Shown here piece by piece: positions 49,902 through 49,934 of a stretch of 49,934 nucleotides of DNA (positions within the stretch are counted from its first letter, which is position 1; every line of letters begins with the position of its first letter). Below the pieces are notes generated by a model, which worked only from the letters and a program-made list of their open reading frames with translations, did no database searches and had not been told where the DNA came from. Location: assembly GCF_001194135.2 (NCBI RefSeq), contig NC_068988.1, forward strand, positions 19,996,757-20,046,690, given 5' to 3'. The position numbers and the translations under genes are program-made. The stretch comes from Octopus bimaculoides (taxonomy: Eukaryota).

Positions 49902-49934
<33 letters not shown>

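Noticed and set aside
1-49934. CRISPR arrays, rRNA, telomeric arrays, prokaryotic operons
   Set aside because: No regularly spaced repeat-spacer structure, rRNA motifs, long TTAGGG runs or dense coding blocks seen.

Overview
Repeat-dense, AT-rich, essentially non-coding eukaryotic DNA from a gappy short-read assembly; nearly every N-gap is bounded by (TA)n, (CA)n or (GA)n tracts. The SINE families and microsatellite load point to an octopod cephalopod, most likely Octopus (inference from recalled families, no search run). No intact protein-coding gene, rRNA, true tRNA gene or CRISPR array is supported. The window is a transposon graveyard: several tRNA-derived SINE families (some with perfect TSDs), two decayed mariners, a full-length decayed Tc1-like element with DD36E spacing, an internally deleted Chapaev3-like element with both ends and a TTA TSD, two Tx1/L1-clade LINE fragments, a Penelope-type GIY-YIG fragment missed by the ORF track, Helitron and Helentron-type non-autonomous elements, and a small palindromic MITE. 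The most interesting signals are a tRNA-headed element with a decayed hammerhead-ribozyme core, a 2x2 head/tail shuffling among SINEs, and three unconfirmed small exon candidates. I see no convincing evidence of a wholly new biological system.
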